Origin: Candidatus Hydrogenedentota bacterium
GTDB lineage: Bacteria > Hydrogenedentota > Hydrogenedentia > Hydrogenedentales > SLHB01
NCBI GenBank assembly: GCA_963745075.1
Contig: CAVUWV010000024.1
Coordinates: 32,001-96,000, forward strand
Length of the DNA: 64,000 nt
Direction of reading: 5' to 3'
The translations under genes and the position numbers were made by a program. Positions 42,484 to 53,835 of the stretch are shown here, in pieces. The notes below the pieces were generated by a model. The model did no database searches, was not told where the DNA came from, and saw nothing but the letters and a program-made list of their open reading frames with translations. The first letter of the stretch is position 1; each line of letters opens with the position of its first letter.

Positions 42484-43677
42484 CTACGCGCTCAGTATGT
42501 CGGATTTGACCACGGACGTTGGCCGGCCAAGCACGGCGGCGAGGTCAACCTCGGGCAACGACGGCGTTGCGGTGACTATCTCACTCTTCCCATCTGCGGA
42601 CAGGATAAACGTATCCTCGGACTTTACGCCCACGCCGGACGGATTCCACGCAAACGCGTGACCAAACGATACATCGACGCCCGAGATCTCCTTGACCGCT
42701 TTGGACCATGCCTTGTCGAGGATTGGAAATGGTTCGCCCGGCGCGCCCTTGGCCGTGCGGGCCGAGTATCCGGTGGTTCCGCCTTGGTGATGGTTGTGCC
42801 ATTCGTTTTCCGGGAATCCCATATCCTTGTACGCGGCACGACAGGCGTCGAACACATCCCCCAACGTTTTGCCCGGCTCGGACGCCTCCTGCATGAGGGC
42901 ATCGACACCACAGACCCGCCGATACGCATCGTGAATGTTTACCGGAATGTCGCTAACCTGTTTGAACCGGGTGATGGACGCGATCAGCCCTTCGCGGAAA
43001 AAGCAGCCCACCACCATGACGTAGCCTTTGACCGTCTTCTCTTTGAGCGAACCGGTCGTAAGCGGTCCCGCCGTGGGCAAGGGGTGACGGAACTGGGCAA
43101 TCCGATCGTCTGCCGCGATCAGCGCCACGGGAACCATGCACCGTCGTTTTGCGCCCTCCGCAATCAGGACCGCAGCGATATCTGCCTCCGCCATGCCCGG
43201 TTTGACGGCGTCGAGTGTGGCCATCATCGCATCCGCGGCCAAGGCGCCAAGCTTGCGGTATTTCTCCATCTCGCCTGGCGCCAACAAGGCGCGAAGGTAC
43301 GTGAGATCCTCATTCACGTTTGCCCCAAGTGCCCCGTCGTCGGACACGAGATTCCCCGTGAATTCCTTCCTCACGACGCTGGCAGGGTCGTTCGCAAACC
43401 ACAGGAAGTTCTTGGAATCGCATCCCAGGGCCTGGAGTTCCTCCGCCATGATGCGCGATTCTTCGATGGTATTGCCGACGAAATAAACGCTTCCATCTTT
43501 TGTCACGAATAATGAATTCGCACCCAAATCGGATGCGAAGTTTACGTAATTCCGCTTTCCGCCGGTCGCCATGGCAAAGTTATCGACCCGGGACAGCAAA
43601 ATGCCATCGTATCCTCGCTCCCGGAGAAAGGCCTGGAGCAACGCCACACGTACCTGAAATAGTTCGACCTCCGTCAT
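42484..43677 (-). CDS. M24 (pita-bread) fold protein lacking most metal ligands
   Basis: NFAMATGG, FRHP, ASITR, HHQGG..GY, FAWNPS, KSEDT. Confidence 0.75.
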   Translation of the reverse strand: MTEVELFQVRVALLQAFLRERGYDGILLSRVDNFAMATGGKRNYVNFASDLGANSLFVTKDGSVYFVGNTIEESRIMAEELQALGCDSKNFLWFANDPASVVRKEFTGNLVSDDGALGANVNEDLTYLRALLAPGEMEKYRKLGALAADAMMATLDAVKPGMAEADIAAVLIAEGAKRRCMVPVALIAADDRIAQFRHPLPTAGPLTTGSLKEKTVKGYVMVVGCFFREGLIASITRFKQVSDIPVNIHDAYRRVCGVDALMQEASEPGKTLGDVFDACRAAYKDMGFPENEWHNHHQGGTTGYSARTAKGAPGEPFPILDKAWSKAVKEISGVDVSFGHAFAWNPSGVGVKSEDTFILSADGKSEIVTATPSLPEVDLAAVLGRPTSVVKSDILSA

Positions 43678-43722
43678 GATTCCTTCTCCCAATCCGCTAT
43701 TCCCGGAACAGTGTTCCAGCCT

Positions 43723-44778
43723 TCAGTCGCCGACCCGCTTGAAGGCGCTAAGCGTACGCCACGCACAATTCTCCCACGTATATTCCATTGCCCGCCGCCG
43801 CGAAAACGCAACCTGCTGCGCCCGTTCCTGAGGAGTTTCCTGAAGCACGCGGCGAATCGCCCCGATCAAAGAAGCGGGGTTCTCGTGATTATAGTAGACC
43901 GGGAAGTTCCCCGCGATCTCGGGAATTCCGCCAACTCGCGGCGTAATGACCCGCGCGCCCCCACGCATCGCCTCGAGAATCGTAATGCATGCCCCCTCGT
44001 GCAAGGACGTGCAAATGAATGCGTCGCTGTGTTGCATGAGACCCGCTATCTGCGGAATGGGGCAGCGATGAATGCGCAGCACCCGCGACCCCCAGTCGTC
44101 CGGCTCGGTATGGTCCGGGCGGCCCAGCACCACGAGATGATGCGGAATCTCGTCTTTCAGGCGCTCGAACGCTTCCAGTAAGAATTGCAGGTGTCCGCGA
44201 TGGCGCGTATCTCCGGACGTGATCAAGTAGGGTTGTTCGGCGATGGTGTCATGCGCAACGTCCAATCCAGGGTCCGCGCCGGGCGGCGCCACCACGACCC
44301 GGTCCATGGGCACGCTCAAAAGACTCAACAACTGTCTGCGCAAACACTCCGACGGGGCGACAAAGACTTGGGCCCGTGTGGAGATTCGTTTCATGTCGCG
44401 AACCAGCGGAGGCGTCCGCCACCCGCCGGCTTTTCCCGCTTGCTCGAGGAAGCTTAAGTCCAGCGCGTAAGGCACCACCGGTACCGCGGTGACCATGCCT
44501 GCCGTTTGCAGCGGCGTATACACCAGATCGACTTGAGCGCGCTTTGCCGCGCGATCCAGATTCTTCTCGATAGGGGCATCGTCAATTGCAGCCGATCCGG
44601 GTTTGCCCACAAACACCCGATCCCATCCGGGATACGACTCGTGATTGTTCGCATCCGTGAAGAGGGTGAAATGACTGTCCGGCTGGATGTCTCGCATCCG
44701 GACCAGGACATTCCGGAGGTACACGTCCTCTTCGTCATACCCGGGTTCCAATGTCGTAATATTCACGCCCACGCGCAT
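43723..44778 (-). CDS. Glycosyltransferase family 4
   Basis: SLHEGACITILEAM..G, GIPEIAG, YTWENCA. Confidence 0.85.
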   Translation of the reverse strand: MRVGVNITTLEPGYDEEDVYLRNVLVRMRDIQPDSHFTLFTDANNHESYPGWDRVFVGKPGSAAIDDAPIEKNLDRAAKRAQVDLVYTPLQTAGMVTAVPVVPYALDLSFLEQAGKAGGWRTPPLVRDMKRISTRAQVFVAPSECLRRQLLSLLSVPMDRVVVAPPGADPGLDVAHDTIAEQPYLITSGDTRHRGHLQFLLEAFERLKDEIPHHLVVLGRPDHTEPDDWGSRVLRIHRCPIPQIAGLMQHSDAFICTSLHEGACITILEAMRGGARVITPRVGGIPEIAGNFPVYYNHENPASLIGAIRRVLQETPQERAQQVAFSRRRAMEYTWENCAWRTLSAFKRVGD

Positions 44779-44811
44779 ACGTTTACCTCTTCGAAACAGG
44801 ACAGATTCCGG

Positions 44812-45204
44812 CTACTTGACGTAACCGAGGTGGGCCAACGGTTGGGGAATGGTATTCTTTCTGGAACCACTCATGACGCGATCTCGATCGCCGACACCGG
44901 CGCTCACCAGGGCAGCCAATGCCCGCTCCGCTGCTGCGGAAATCGGATCGGACGGGTCAACTTCGTGCACCACGGCATCGCAATCCGGCAACGGCACCGT
45001 TCCCGTAGTAACAAGCACGATAACACCGTTGCGGATCAAAACCTCGCAAACCAGAGTCCGGGACGTCAACGAACCAATTCGCTGCGCGAGCCGCTCATCG
45101 ACGATTTCCACCCGGTGTCCGACGGCTACCAGTCGATCCCCGAGTTCCCGTGCCACAGCGACGGTGTCGTTTCCCTGCAAATATATGGTCAGCCCGTTTC
45201 TCAT
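44812..45204 (-). CDS. Degenerate adenylyl-sulfate kinase (CysC)-like mini protein without a P-loop
   Basis: GLTIYLQG..VARELGDRL...GHRVEIVD, VCEVLIRNGVIVL, C-terminal LAHLGYVK; 130 aa; RBS GGAG. Confidence 0.6.
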   Translation of the reverse strand: MRNGLTIYLQGNDTVAVARELGDRLVAVGHRVEIVDERLAQRIGSLTSRTLVCEVLIRNGVIVLVTTGTVPLPDCDAVVHEVDPSDPISAAAERALAALVSAGVGDRDRVMSGSRKNTIPQPLAHLGYVK

Positions 45205-45547
45205 TCCGCTTACTCCATCGCAATGCGAATTCGTTTGCCACAGCGTCACGCCGATCCATCGGGCTCGCCGCCGGGTCCGTCCGCCTGCGCGCTGTTTCTG
45301 CGCAGACCGCCATTCTACCAAAACTATGGACGGAAAACGCACACGAAACTTCTACAGAATTCGGCTAAACGCGCGAAATTGTAGAGTTTGTTGCGCTTAC
45401 AACGGAATTCTCACACGCACCGGACGTTGGATCCGTAACCCAAATCCGCTCTATGGTTTCGCACGTCGATCCGAGCACGTTGTGGTTTCGCAGAACGCGT
45501 GTGGGAATTCCTCAGCAATGCGCCCACGGAAATTTTCCAAATGCGGA

Positions 45548-46936
45548 TTACAGCGCCCGGCCCTGAAAATCCGAAGGAATTGGCGCGTTCAAAAGGTTCA
45601 GAATCGTTGGCGCGATGTCCATAATCTGGAGGTCCGATCGCTCCTCACCACCTCGGCCGGTCCGGTCGTCCATTACAAAAATGCCGTCGAAGTCGTGATT
45701 GGCGTCATCCGGACCCGTGTCATTGCGCTCCGCAAAAATGTGTTGGACGCCCACCGTCCCCAACGCTCGGTAAGAGAGATCGCCAAAATATACAATCAGA
45801 TCCGGTGGTACGCCATTTGTTTTCCGGTAGTGGCGTTCCGGTATCAACACGCGGTTGTTCATCGGGGTGCCGTCTGGGCCCGCCATCGATTCGAGTCTCA
45901 ATGCGAGTTCCGCGCGGCGTTGTTCATATTCCGGCTTTGGAATGATGCCCCGGGGTTCGCGGCCCGAAACATTCATGAAAACGCGGGCGCAATAACCACC
46001 GGTGCTCCAGGCTCGGGTGTGATCCCAGTCGATGGTGCAGTCTTCGATCCGGTAAGGTTGTTCCGGGACCGACTCGAGACGCAAGTACCCTTCGTTCATG
46101 AGCCACTGATTGACGTAAACGCCCCCGGCCATCGGTTTCGCGCCATGATCTGAAACGACGAGAACCGCCGTATCATGACCCGCGTGCGAAACAAGGTCGC
46201 CGATCCGCCGGTCGACAGATTCGTAGTATTCCCGAAACACGTTCTCGAAGCGGTTCCCGGGCTCGAACCGGGGATGATTGGGATCGCAGAACCGCCAGAA
46301 TCCATGGTGCAACCGGTCCATACCCATCTCGACGACCATAAAAAAGTCCCAAGGCTTGGTCTCCATCAAGTAGCGCGCCGTGTCGAACCGGTTTTCCATC
46401 AACCCATAGATTCGTTTCAACAGACCGGTTTTGTCGTCGGTTCGGAAATCGCCCACGTCGAGGTGATACGCGCCGACGGACCGGGCGATTTCCCTTTTGA
46501 GTGATTTCGGATAGGTGAACGCAACTTCGGTATCGGGGGCGAGGAACCCGGAGACGAGGCATCCGTTCAGCGGTTTCGGCGGATAGGTCTGCGGCACACC
46601 GACAACGACGGACTGCAAACCATGGCGGGACAGAATGTCCCATACCCGAGGTTCACGAATCGTTGTCGCGTCCAACGTCGCCAATGGGCCATACGTGTAG
46701 TCGCGGCGATTGCGGAACCCATAGCATCCCAGCGTTCCGGGGTCTTTGCTGGAGAGCATGGAGGCCCACGCCGGTACCGTAATGGGCGGGTCCGTGCTAC
46801 GAAGAAGGCCCCGGCAGCCGTTGGCTGCCAGGGCCTGAAGATTCGGAAGATCGAAGCGGTTCGGGCCGAAAACAAAGCGAGGCGCTGCACAATCGAGACC
46901 AATTACCAGGACACGTTTCACGCGTCCACCGGCCAT
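45548..46936 (-). CDS. Alkaline phosphatase superfamily protein (type I phosphodiesterase/nucleotide pyrophosphatase-like)
   Basis: VIGLDCA, STDPPITVPAW, DRLHH, VSDHG, GPDDANH. Confidence 0.88.
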   Translation of the reverse strand: MAGGRVKRVLVIGLDCAAPRFVFGPNRFDLPNLQALAANGCRGLLRSTDPPITVPAWASMLSSKDPGTLGCYGFRNRRDYTYGPLATLDATTIREPRVWDILSRHGLQSVVVGVPQTYPPKPLNGCLVSGFLAPDTEVAFTYPKSLKREIARSVGAYHLDVGDFRTDDKTGLLKRIYGLMENRFDTARYLMETKPWDFFMVVEMGMDRLHHGFWRFCDPNHPRFEPGNRFENVFREYYESVDRRIGDLVSHAGHDTAVLVVSDHGAKPMAGGVYVNQWLMNEGYLRLESVPEQPYRIEDCTIDWDHTRAWSTGGYCARVFMNVSGREPRGIIPKPEYEQRRAELALRLESMAGPDGTPMNNRVLIPERHYRKTNGVPPDLIVYFGDLSYRALGTVGVQHIFAERNDTGPDDANHDFDGIFVMDDRTGRGGEERSDLQIMDIAPTILNLLNAPIPSDFQGRAL

Positions 46937-48091
46937 TTACTCAGCTCCCTGTGCCCACTTGATCAGTACTTTTGCGACTTCGGGACGGCTGAATTCCGCC
47001 GGCGGCATCTCACCCGCCTTCAGCATCTCTCGTACTTTCGTCCCGCTCAGGAATACGTGATGTTCCTTGTCGTGAGGGCACGTCTTGATGCTGGCCATAT
47101 TACCGCAACGCTTGCAGAAGAACGAGTGGTCGAAGAAAAGCGGTGTGATCCCGATTTCGTCGGGATCGAATTCGCTGAATATCTGATGGGCGTCGTAGGT
47201 TCCGTAAAACTTGCCTACACCCGCATGATCGCGCCCGACGATAAAGTGGGTGCAGCCGTAGTTCTTTCGAATGATGGCGTGCATGATGGCCTCTTTCGGG
47301 CCCGCATACCGCATGTTCACCGGCATCAGCGAAAGCATGGTATGGGCTTTCGGATAGTAATCTTCGATGATCGTCTGGTAACACTCCATCCGCACCGAGC
47401 CGGGAATATCGTCGCTCTTCGTAGTGCCCATCAGCGGGTGGATCAGGAGTCCGTCGCAAATCTCGAGTGCACATTTTGTGAGATACTCGTGCGCCCGGTG
47501 AATAGGATTGCGCGTTTGAAAGGCGACGATCCGGTTCCAGCCGTGATGCTCGAAGGCTGCCCGCGTTTGTTTCGGCGTGAGCGCGAATTCCTGGAACTCG
47601 ATCTCGCGCGCCTTCAATACGTCCAGGTCGCCCGCCAGGAACACATCACCGAGGCCCAGGGTATATGCGACACCGGGATGGGAGTCATCGGTCGTTCGAT
47701 ACGTCTTCTCCGCGATCTCCCGATGGTCGACGGTGAACTTCTCTGCCAAATGCAGGATCGCCGCGACTTCGCCGAGGTCGTCTTCAATAGCGATCTCTTT
47801 GTCGACCTCAAACTTCGCGGCCTCGTCGGAGCTGACCGACAGAAGTATCGGAATCGTCCACGGAATCCCCGGGCGCAGGTGCATCGTGTCCAGCACGCTT
47901 CGCGTCTCAGCTTCATTCATGAATCCCGTCAACGGACTGAAGATTCCCTTGCCGATGCAGTCAACGTCGAATGCCGCGTAGGTATCAACTTTGATCCGCG
48001 GCAAACTAGCGGCTTTGGCCTTGGCGGCTTCCAGAGCCGAGCCACTCAGAATGCGGTCCACAAGCTGACCGCCATGGGGTGCGATGGACAT
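46937..48091 (-). CDS. sat: Sulfate adenylyltransferase (ATP sulfurylase)
   Basis: PHGGQL, SPLTGFM, AFQTRNPIHRAHE, MRYAGPKEA, HFIVGRDHAGVG, LSGTKVR. Confidence 0.97.
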   Translation of the reverse strand: MSIAPHGGQLVDRILSGSALEAAKAKAASLPRIKVDTYAAFDVDCIGKGIFSPLTGFMNEAETRSVLDTMHLRPGIPWTIPILLSVSSDEAAKFEVDKEIAIEDDLGEVAAILHLAEKFTVDHREIAEKTYRTTDDSHPGVAYTLGLGDVFLAGDLDVLKAREIEFQEFALTPKQTRAAFEHHGWNRIVAFQTRNPIHRAHEYLTKCALEICDGLLIHPLMGTTKSDDIPGSVRMECYQTIIEDYYPKAHTMLSLMPVNMRYAGPKEAIMHAIIRKNYGCTHFIVGRDHAGVGKFYGTYDAHQIFSEFDPDEIGITPLFFDHSFFCKRCGNMASIKTCPHDKEHHVFLSGTKVREMLKAGEMPPAEFSRPEVAKVLIKWAQGAE

Positions 48092-48173
48092 AGTGAGCCT
48101 CCGTAAACGGGTTTAGGGTGTTGCACCGGTTCCATGACTTCGCCCGGAATTCGGAGCGAGACGTGAAAGCCGA

Positions 48174-48202
48174 AGTGTACCAGCTTGCGCGTCCGGACTC
48201 AA
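48174..48202 (-). promoter_or_regulatory. Promoter of the sat operon
   Basis: TTGAGT-N17-TACACT with a TG extension on the minus strand. Confidence 0.6.
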
Positions 48203-48447
48203 GTGGCGTGGGGACGGTAAGTCTGTAACACGCGTTTCACCCTGCAAAGTTACTGGTCAGAAACAGTAGAGGATGTTTGAAAAGAGCAGGAGTGTGTAAA
48301 TATCATGGAACTGCGAAGTCTTTGTGGCTGGGCACTGCACCTTCCCCGTTCTCAGCCACGCGAGTATTGGTCCGTGATATTGGGAACCATCAACCGATCG
48401 GCCCGCCGTATCGCAGTCAAAGGGTCGGTTTTCTTGGGGACACCGGA

Positions 48448-50076
48448 ATGGAAGAGTCGTCGCGAGACGAACTTGTACGCGAAATTGAACGGCTAAACGC
48501 GCGGCTGAATGACGCCATATCAGAGTCCGGCGGCGGCGGTGAACCGTTCGACCGGGAACGGTTTTCTAAAGTTCTTTCGCATATAACCGACGGTGTCTAC
48601 GTCTACGATCGGGATCTGCGGATTATTTATGCAAATGGCGCGGCGGCCGCGTTCACGGGATCAACGGTGGACGAACTGCTCCACCGGCGTCCGCTGGACA
48701 TCTATCCCTCGATGGAGGACACCGACTTCTACAAGGCCTACCTGCGCGTCATAGACACGGGCCGTCCCGAGGTCGTCGAAGCGCCTTTCGATTTCCCGGA
48801 CGGCCGCTCGCGCTGGTACGAAGTCCATATCTACCCGTTGCCGGATGGCCTGCTGGCTATCGCGCGCGACGTTACCGAACGCGTGCGACGCGACGAGGAG
48901 CGCACCCGCATTCAGGCGCAGATTCTCCAGGCGCAGAAACTGGAGAGTCTCGGCGTGCTGGCCGGCGGAATCGCCCATGATTTCAACAATCTACTGATGA
49001 GTGTGCTGGGCTATGCCAACCTGGCGCTCTCCGATATGCCCGCGGAATCTTCGGCATACGAGAGCATTCGCCAGGTGGAATTGGCAGCCCGCCGGGCCGC
49101 CGACCTCTGCAAACAAATGCTGGCGTATTCGGGTCGTGGGCACTTCGTCGTACAAGCAGTCGACCTGACGCGCCTCGTCGAAGAGATGAGCCACCTGTTG
49201 ACACTGGCCAAGTCGAAGAATGCGACGTTGAAATACAGTCTCGCTTCAAGCCTGCCGCGAATCGACGCCGATGCTACGCAATTGCATCAAGTCTTGATCA
49301 ATTTGGTTACCAACGCGTCAGACGCGATTGGCTGCAACAACGGCGTTATCAGCGTTACGACCGGCGTCATCGACTGCGACGAGGCGTATCTGGACGACCT
49401 GTACATCGATGAACCCCTGCGCCCGGGTCGCTATGTATTTCTCGAAGTGAGTGACGATGGATGCGGGATCGACAAAGATGTTCGCCCCAAAGTCTTTGAA
49501 CCGTTCTTCACGACGAAATTCACCGGTCGCGGTCTTGGATTGGCCGCCGTATTGGGTATCGTGCGCGGGCACCACGGTGCGGTGAAGTTATACAGCGAAA
49601 CCGGACGCGGCACGACGGTCAAGGTGTTGCTTCCGGTGAACGAAGGCGTGCCGCAAGGAGCGCTTTCGCAGGGTACGGTCGAAAAGATGTGGGCTGGCCA
49701 GGGCACGATTCTGATCGTTGACGATGAAGAGTCCGTGCGCAACGTGACCCGTGCAGCCTTACGGCGGGTGGGGTTCAAGACCCTTGAAGCGTGCGACGGT
49801 CAGGAAGCCTTGGAACTGCTCGCGGCGAATCAGCAGGAAGTCCGGCTCGTGTTGCTCGATGTGACCATGCCGCGGATGGGTGGAGAAGAGACCTATCGCA
49901 AGATCCGTCAACTCTCGATCGACATCCCGGTCATCCTCTCAAGCGGTTACAACGAAGAGGATGCTACCGGTCACTTTAATGGAAAGGGGCTTTCGGGGTT
50001 TATCCAAAAGCCGTATCGTCCGACCGATCTTATTGCCAGGATACGGAGTTTGTTGGGCGAATCGGAGTCCCCGTGA
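48448..50076 (+). CDS. Hybrid PAS sensor histidine kinase/response regulator (CckA-like)
   Basis: [39 protein letters not shown], receiver VDDE/LLD/KP. Confidence 0.93.
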   Translation: MEESSRDELVREIERLNARLNDAISESGGGGEPFDRERFSKVLSHITDGVYVYDRDLRIIYANGAAAAFTGSTVDELLHRRPLDIYPSMEDTDFYKAYLRVIDTGRPEVVEAPFDFPDGRSRWYEVHIYPLPDGLLAIARDVTERVRRDEERTRIQAQILQAQKLESLGVLAGGIAHDFNNLLMSVLGYANLALSDMPAESSAYESIRQVELAARRAADLCKQMLAYSGRGHFVVQAVDLTRLVEEMSHLLTLAKSKNATLKYSLASSLPRIDADATQLHQVLINLVTNASDAIGCNNGVISVTTGVIDCDEAYLDDLYIDEPLRPGRYVFLEVSDDGCGIDKDVRPKVFEPFFTTKFTGRGLGLAAVLGIVRGHHGAVKLYSETGRGTTVKVLLPVNEGVPQGALSQGTVEKMWAGQGTILIVDDEESVRNVTRAALRRVGFKTLEACDGQEALELLAANQQEVRLVLLDVTMPRMGGEETYRKIRQLSIDIPVILSSGYNEEDATGHFNGKGLSGFIQKPYRPTDLIARIRSLLGESESP

Positions 50077-50080
50077 TCCT

Positions 50081-51109
50081 TCAGTTGACCGCGCGCGTAA
50101 ATGCCTCGACCGCCCGGCTAAGTCCGTCGTCATCCACATCCAAATGAAAGACGGCGCGCAGACGCGTCGGGCCGACCGGCACCGCGTAAACGCCTTGTTC
50201 GGCGATTCGGCCAACAAGGCAGTAGGCGTCCGGCACGTCGACGAAAACGATGTTCGTTGGAGAATCCAGGGGGAACGAAATCGCGGGAACTTCTTTCAGC
50301 TTGGACCGGAACTCCCGGGCCCGCCGGTGGTCGTCCGCAAGCCGGTTTACATGATGCTCGAGCGCGTGAAGCGCCGCCGCCGCGAGAATGCCGGCCTGCC
50401 GCATTCCGCCTCCCAGCATTTTGCGGTAGCGGTGCGCGCGATGGATGGTTTCCCGGTCGCCGGCGAGTATCGAGCCAGCCGGCGCCCCCAACCCTTTTGA
50501 GAAACAGAAACTGACGGTGTCGCAAAGGCGAACGTAATCAGCTAATGGGATACCCGAAGCAACGACCGCGTTAAAGACGCGCGCGCCGTCACAGTGCATG
50601 CGAACCCCGTTTTCGCGGGCAATGGCCCCGATGGCCTTTACCGTTTCGAGCGGATAGAGCGCACCGCCTCCACGGTTGGTCGTATTTTCAATGCCGACCA
50701 CCGTCGTGTTCGAGAAATGATGGTCGTCGTTACGGACGATTGCGGCCGCGACCTCATCCGGATTCAGAATCCCGCACGCGCCCCCCAACGTTTTCGTCAT
50801 GACTCCCGCGACCATGCCCAGCCCTCCGGATTCATAATTGAAGGGATGCGCGTCCCGGTGCAGGATTACGGTGTCGCCGGGCTGGGTTTGCGATACAAAT
50901 GCCAGCAGGTTTGCCATCGTGCCCGACGGCACGAACAGCGCGGACTCTTTGCCCGCCAATTCGGCCGCGCGTTGTTGCAGCCCGTTAACCGTGGGATCTT
51001 CGCCGAAAACGTCGTCGCCAACCTCGGCGCCAGCCATCGCATCCCGCATGGCGGGCGTGGGCTTTGTGACCGTGTCACTCCGCAGATCGACTGGTTTATT
51101 GCTGCCCAT
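50081..51109 (-). CDS. ltaE: Low-specificity L-threonine aldolase
   Basis: [48 protein letters not shown]. Confidence 0.92.
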   Translation of the reverse strand: MGSNKPVDLRSDTVTKPTPAMRDAMAGAEVGDDVFGEDPTVNGLQQRAAELAGKESALFVPSGTMANLLAFVSQTQPGDTVILHRDAHPFNYESGGLGMVAGVMTKTLGGACGILNPDEVAAAIVRNDDHHFSNTTVVGIENTTNRGGGALYPLETVKAIGAIARENGVRMHCDGARVFNAVVASGIPLADYVRLCDTVSFCFSKGLGAPAGSILAGDRETIHRAHRYRKMLGGGMRQAGILAAAALHALEHHVNRLADDHRRAREFRSKLKEVPAISFPLDSPTNIVFVDVPDAYCLVGRIAEQGVYAVPVGPTRLRAVFHLDVDDDGLSRAVEAFTRAVN

Positions 51110-51111
51110 GG

Positions 51112-52989
51112 TTACGCCGTCCTTTGCGCTGCCGTCCGTGCCAGTTTCTCCATGTGTATGTGGAGTGCGGCAATGTCACTCGCTCGCACCCCCGGAACGC
51201 GGGCGGCCTGTCCGAAATTTACCGGACGAATCTGGTGTAGTCGTTCACGGCTCTCGACGGGCATGCCCGGTACGACATGGAAATCGAAATCCTCAGGAAT
51301 GGGCCGGGCTTCGGAAGCGCGGAATCGCGTCACGTCGCGCTCTTGGCGTTCGATATACCCCGCATATTTCACCTGAATCTCGACCTGCTCCGCTTCTTCA
51401 AACGTGAGTTGCTCGGACGGGGCGCATACGCCCCACACGTCGTCGATGCGCAATTCGGGACGGCTGAGCAATCGCGCTGCGGGCTGCGGTTCCGCCATCG
51501 GGGCGGCGCCGCGTGCGGCAAGCAGTTTTTGAATCGTGGCATTCGGTGAAACGATGGTCGATCGAAGCCGCAGCATTTCACCGTGGATGCGGTCCTGCTT
51601 TGCCCGCACTTGTTCCGAGTACGCGTCGCCGAGAATTCCATACTTCGCCAAGCGAACGTCCGCATTGTCATGACGCAGGAGCAGCCGGTACTCTGCGCGC
51701 GATGTGAACAGACGATACGGTTCCAATACGCCGCGGGTGACGAGGTCGTCGACCATTACGCCGATGTAGGCCTCGCTCCGTGCAATATATAACGGCTCCT
51801 CGCCGCGAATGGAGCGGATTGCGTTAAGTGCCGCAAATATCCCCTGGCCGGCAGCTTCCTCATAGCCCGACGTACCATTAATTTGGCCGGCATGGAACAA
51901 CCCGCGAACCCGCTTGGTTTCGAGCGTCGGCTTCAACTCCGTCGGCTGCACGAAGTCGTACTCCACCGCGTATCCCGGACGCACCATCTTCGCCTCTTCC
52001 AGGCCGGGAATCGTTTTGAGCATGGCCAGTTGTACGTCTTCGGGAAGACTGGTCGAAAGTCCGTTGACGTAAACCTCCGGCGTATTCAGTCCCTCCGGCT
52101 CGAGAAAGATCCGGTGCTGGTCCTTATCCGCAAATCGAAATACCTTGTCTTCGATGCTGGGACAATACCGCGTTCCCGTCGCGCCAATTTTCCCTGTAAA
52201 CATGGGAGATCGGTCCAGATTCGCCTGAATGATATCGTGGGTGCGTTGGTTCGTTGACGTCAACCAGCACATGACCCTGTTCGGGTCGAACCCCTCAAGC
52301 GGAGTCGAGAAGGAAAACGGCCGGGGCCGTTCGTCACCCGGCTGCTCGGTCATGACGCTGTAGTCGATGGTGTCACAATGAAGGCGCGGACAGGTCCCGG
52401 TTTTCTGGCGGTTAATTTGAAACCCGAGCCGCCGGTAGGTGCTGGACAGCGCTTGCGCGGGTATTTCGCCGGCCCGGCCGCCCGGTACGTCGCACATGCC
52501 GAAATGCAGTTTCCCGCCGAGAAACGTCCCCGTGCAGACGATCACCGCGCGGGCGCCGATTTCTTCGCCGTCGACCGTAATCACGCCGGCGACCGCGTCG
52601 TTGCGGACCACGAAGTCCTCGATCAGCACCGCGTAAAGGGTCAGCCCCTCCTGGTTTTCGCAGACGCGCTGCATATCTTTTTGATAGGCTTCCCGGTCGG
52701 CTTGGGCGCGGGGCGAATGAACGGCAGGACCCTTCGACTGGTTGAGCATCTTGTATTGAATGCCCGTCCGGTCGATACAACGCCCCATCTCGCCGCCGAG
52801 CGCGTCCACTTCACGAACCACCTGGCCCTTGGCGATCCCGCCGATCGCGGGGTTGCAGCTCATCTTGCCGATCGTGTTGACGTCCATCGTCGTCATGGCA
52901 GTGCGCAATCCCGAACGCGCACATGCCAGCGCCGCTTCAATTCCGGCGTGACCGGCGCCGACCACGATGACGTCAAAATCCCGATTCAT
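51112..52989 (-). CDS. mnmG: tRNA uridine-5-carboxymethylaminomethyl modification enzyme MnmG/GidA
   Basis: [58 protein letters not shown]. Confidence 0.97.
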   Translation of the reverse strand: MNRDFDVIVVGAGHAGIEAALACARSGLRTAMTTMDVNTIGKMSCNPAIGGIAKGQVVREVDALGGEMGRCIDRTGIQYKMLNQSKGPAVHSPRAQADREAYQKDMQRVCENQEGLTLYAVLIEDFVVRNDAVAGVITVDGEEIGARAVIVCTGTFLGGKLHFGMCDVPGGRAGEIPAQALSSTYRRLGFQINRQKTGTCPRLHCDTIDYSVMTEQPGDERPRPFSFSTPLEGFDPNRVMCWLTSTNQRTHDIIQANLDRSPMFTGKIGATGTRYCPSIEDKVFRFADKDQHRIFLEPEGLNTPEVYVNGLSTSLPEDVQLAMLKTIPGLEEAKMVRPGYAVEYDFVQPTELKPTLETKRVRGLFHAGQINGTSGYEEAAGQGIFAALNAIRSIRGEEPLYIARSEAYIGVMVDDLVTRGVLEPYRLFTSRAEYRLLLRHDNADVRLAKYGILGDAYSEQVRAKQDRIHGEMLRLRSTIVSPNATIQKLLAARGAAPMAEPQPAARLLSRPELRIDDVWGVCAPSEQLTFEEAEQVEIQVKYAGYIERQERDVTRFRASEARPIPEDFDFHVVPGMPVESRERLHQIRPVNFGQAARVPGVRASDIAALHIHMEKLARTAAQRTA

Positions 52990-53072
52990 GATTTGCCTGC
53001 GTCCTGTGTGGGTGTGATTGCGGAATGCTGCGAATGCAGCCTGACACCGACGGTTAAGAAAAGCAGAGGATA

Positions 53073-53675
53073 TCAGAATCCGATCGCGCGGAACAAACGT
53101 GCAACGAGACCCTCTTTCCTCGGTGGGATTGGCAGTTCCCGTGCGTTTTCAAGGATATTGGCGCGGTTCAATCGCCGTCCGACGGTTTCCCACCGTGACC
53201 GGTGCGAAGGATGGGCAAGCAGCGGGACATAGCCCAGATCCACGTAGACACGGATGGCCGCGTCGCGCCAGTCGTCCGTGACCAGACGATGCGTTGCGAA
53301 ACCCTCGCGCTGGCTATAGCGAATGGCTTCCACCGTGAGCAGTTTTCCGAGCCGTTTCCCCTGGTGTTCCGGGAGGACACCCACCATGTGAAGATAGCCG
53401 ACCCCTGGATCGGTCGATTCCACCCAAGCCGCCAACGTCCCCACCACTTGACCCTCGTGCTCCAGGACCAGAATGCGCTCGGGACGAAAACACGGGTGCC
53501 CGAGAAGGTTCCGCGTGACACTGTCGGCGGTCGCGCTTCCCAGATCGGAAATCTCGTAGATGGCCGCCAGCCCTTCTTCATCTCCCGGCTGAAACGAGCG
53601 CAGCCGGTATCCCTCGGGCAGAGGAACATCCGGTAAACCATCGACCCCGGTTCTTTCCATCTTAAGTTGCGACAT
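53073..53675 (-). CDS. GNAT family N-acetyltransferase
   Basis: [14 protein letters not shown] acetyl-CoA motif, AIRVY..LGY. Confidence 0.88.
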   Translation of the reverse strand: MSQLKMERTGVDGLPDVPLPEGYRLRSFQPGDEEGLAAIYEISDLGSATADSVTRNLLGHPCFRPERILVLEHEGQVVGTLAAWVESTDPGVGYLHMVGVLPEHQGKRLGKLLTVEAIRYSQREGFATHRLVTDDWRDAAIRVYVDLGYVPLLAHPSHRSRWETVGRRLNRANILENARELPIPPRKEGLVARLFRAIGF

Positions 53676-53835
53676 GCGCGGAAATCGTAGGCCGGTTTTC
53701 GGGAGGAAATCAAGTCGTCAAAAATCTATAATCACACCTTTCAACGTTTCAGGAGATTCAACGGATTGTCGACCACTGCTTGCGTTCTTCAACATCTTTT
53801 CAGTATTAGATTCTGTTTGCTATTGGTTTAATACT

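Noticed and set aside
48092..48170. SAM riboswitch in the sat leader
   Set aside because: Only a weak hairpin; no SAM-I or SAM-II consensus recognised.
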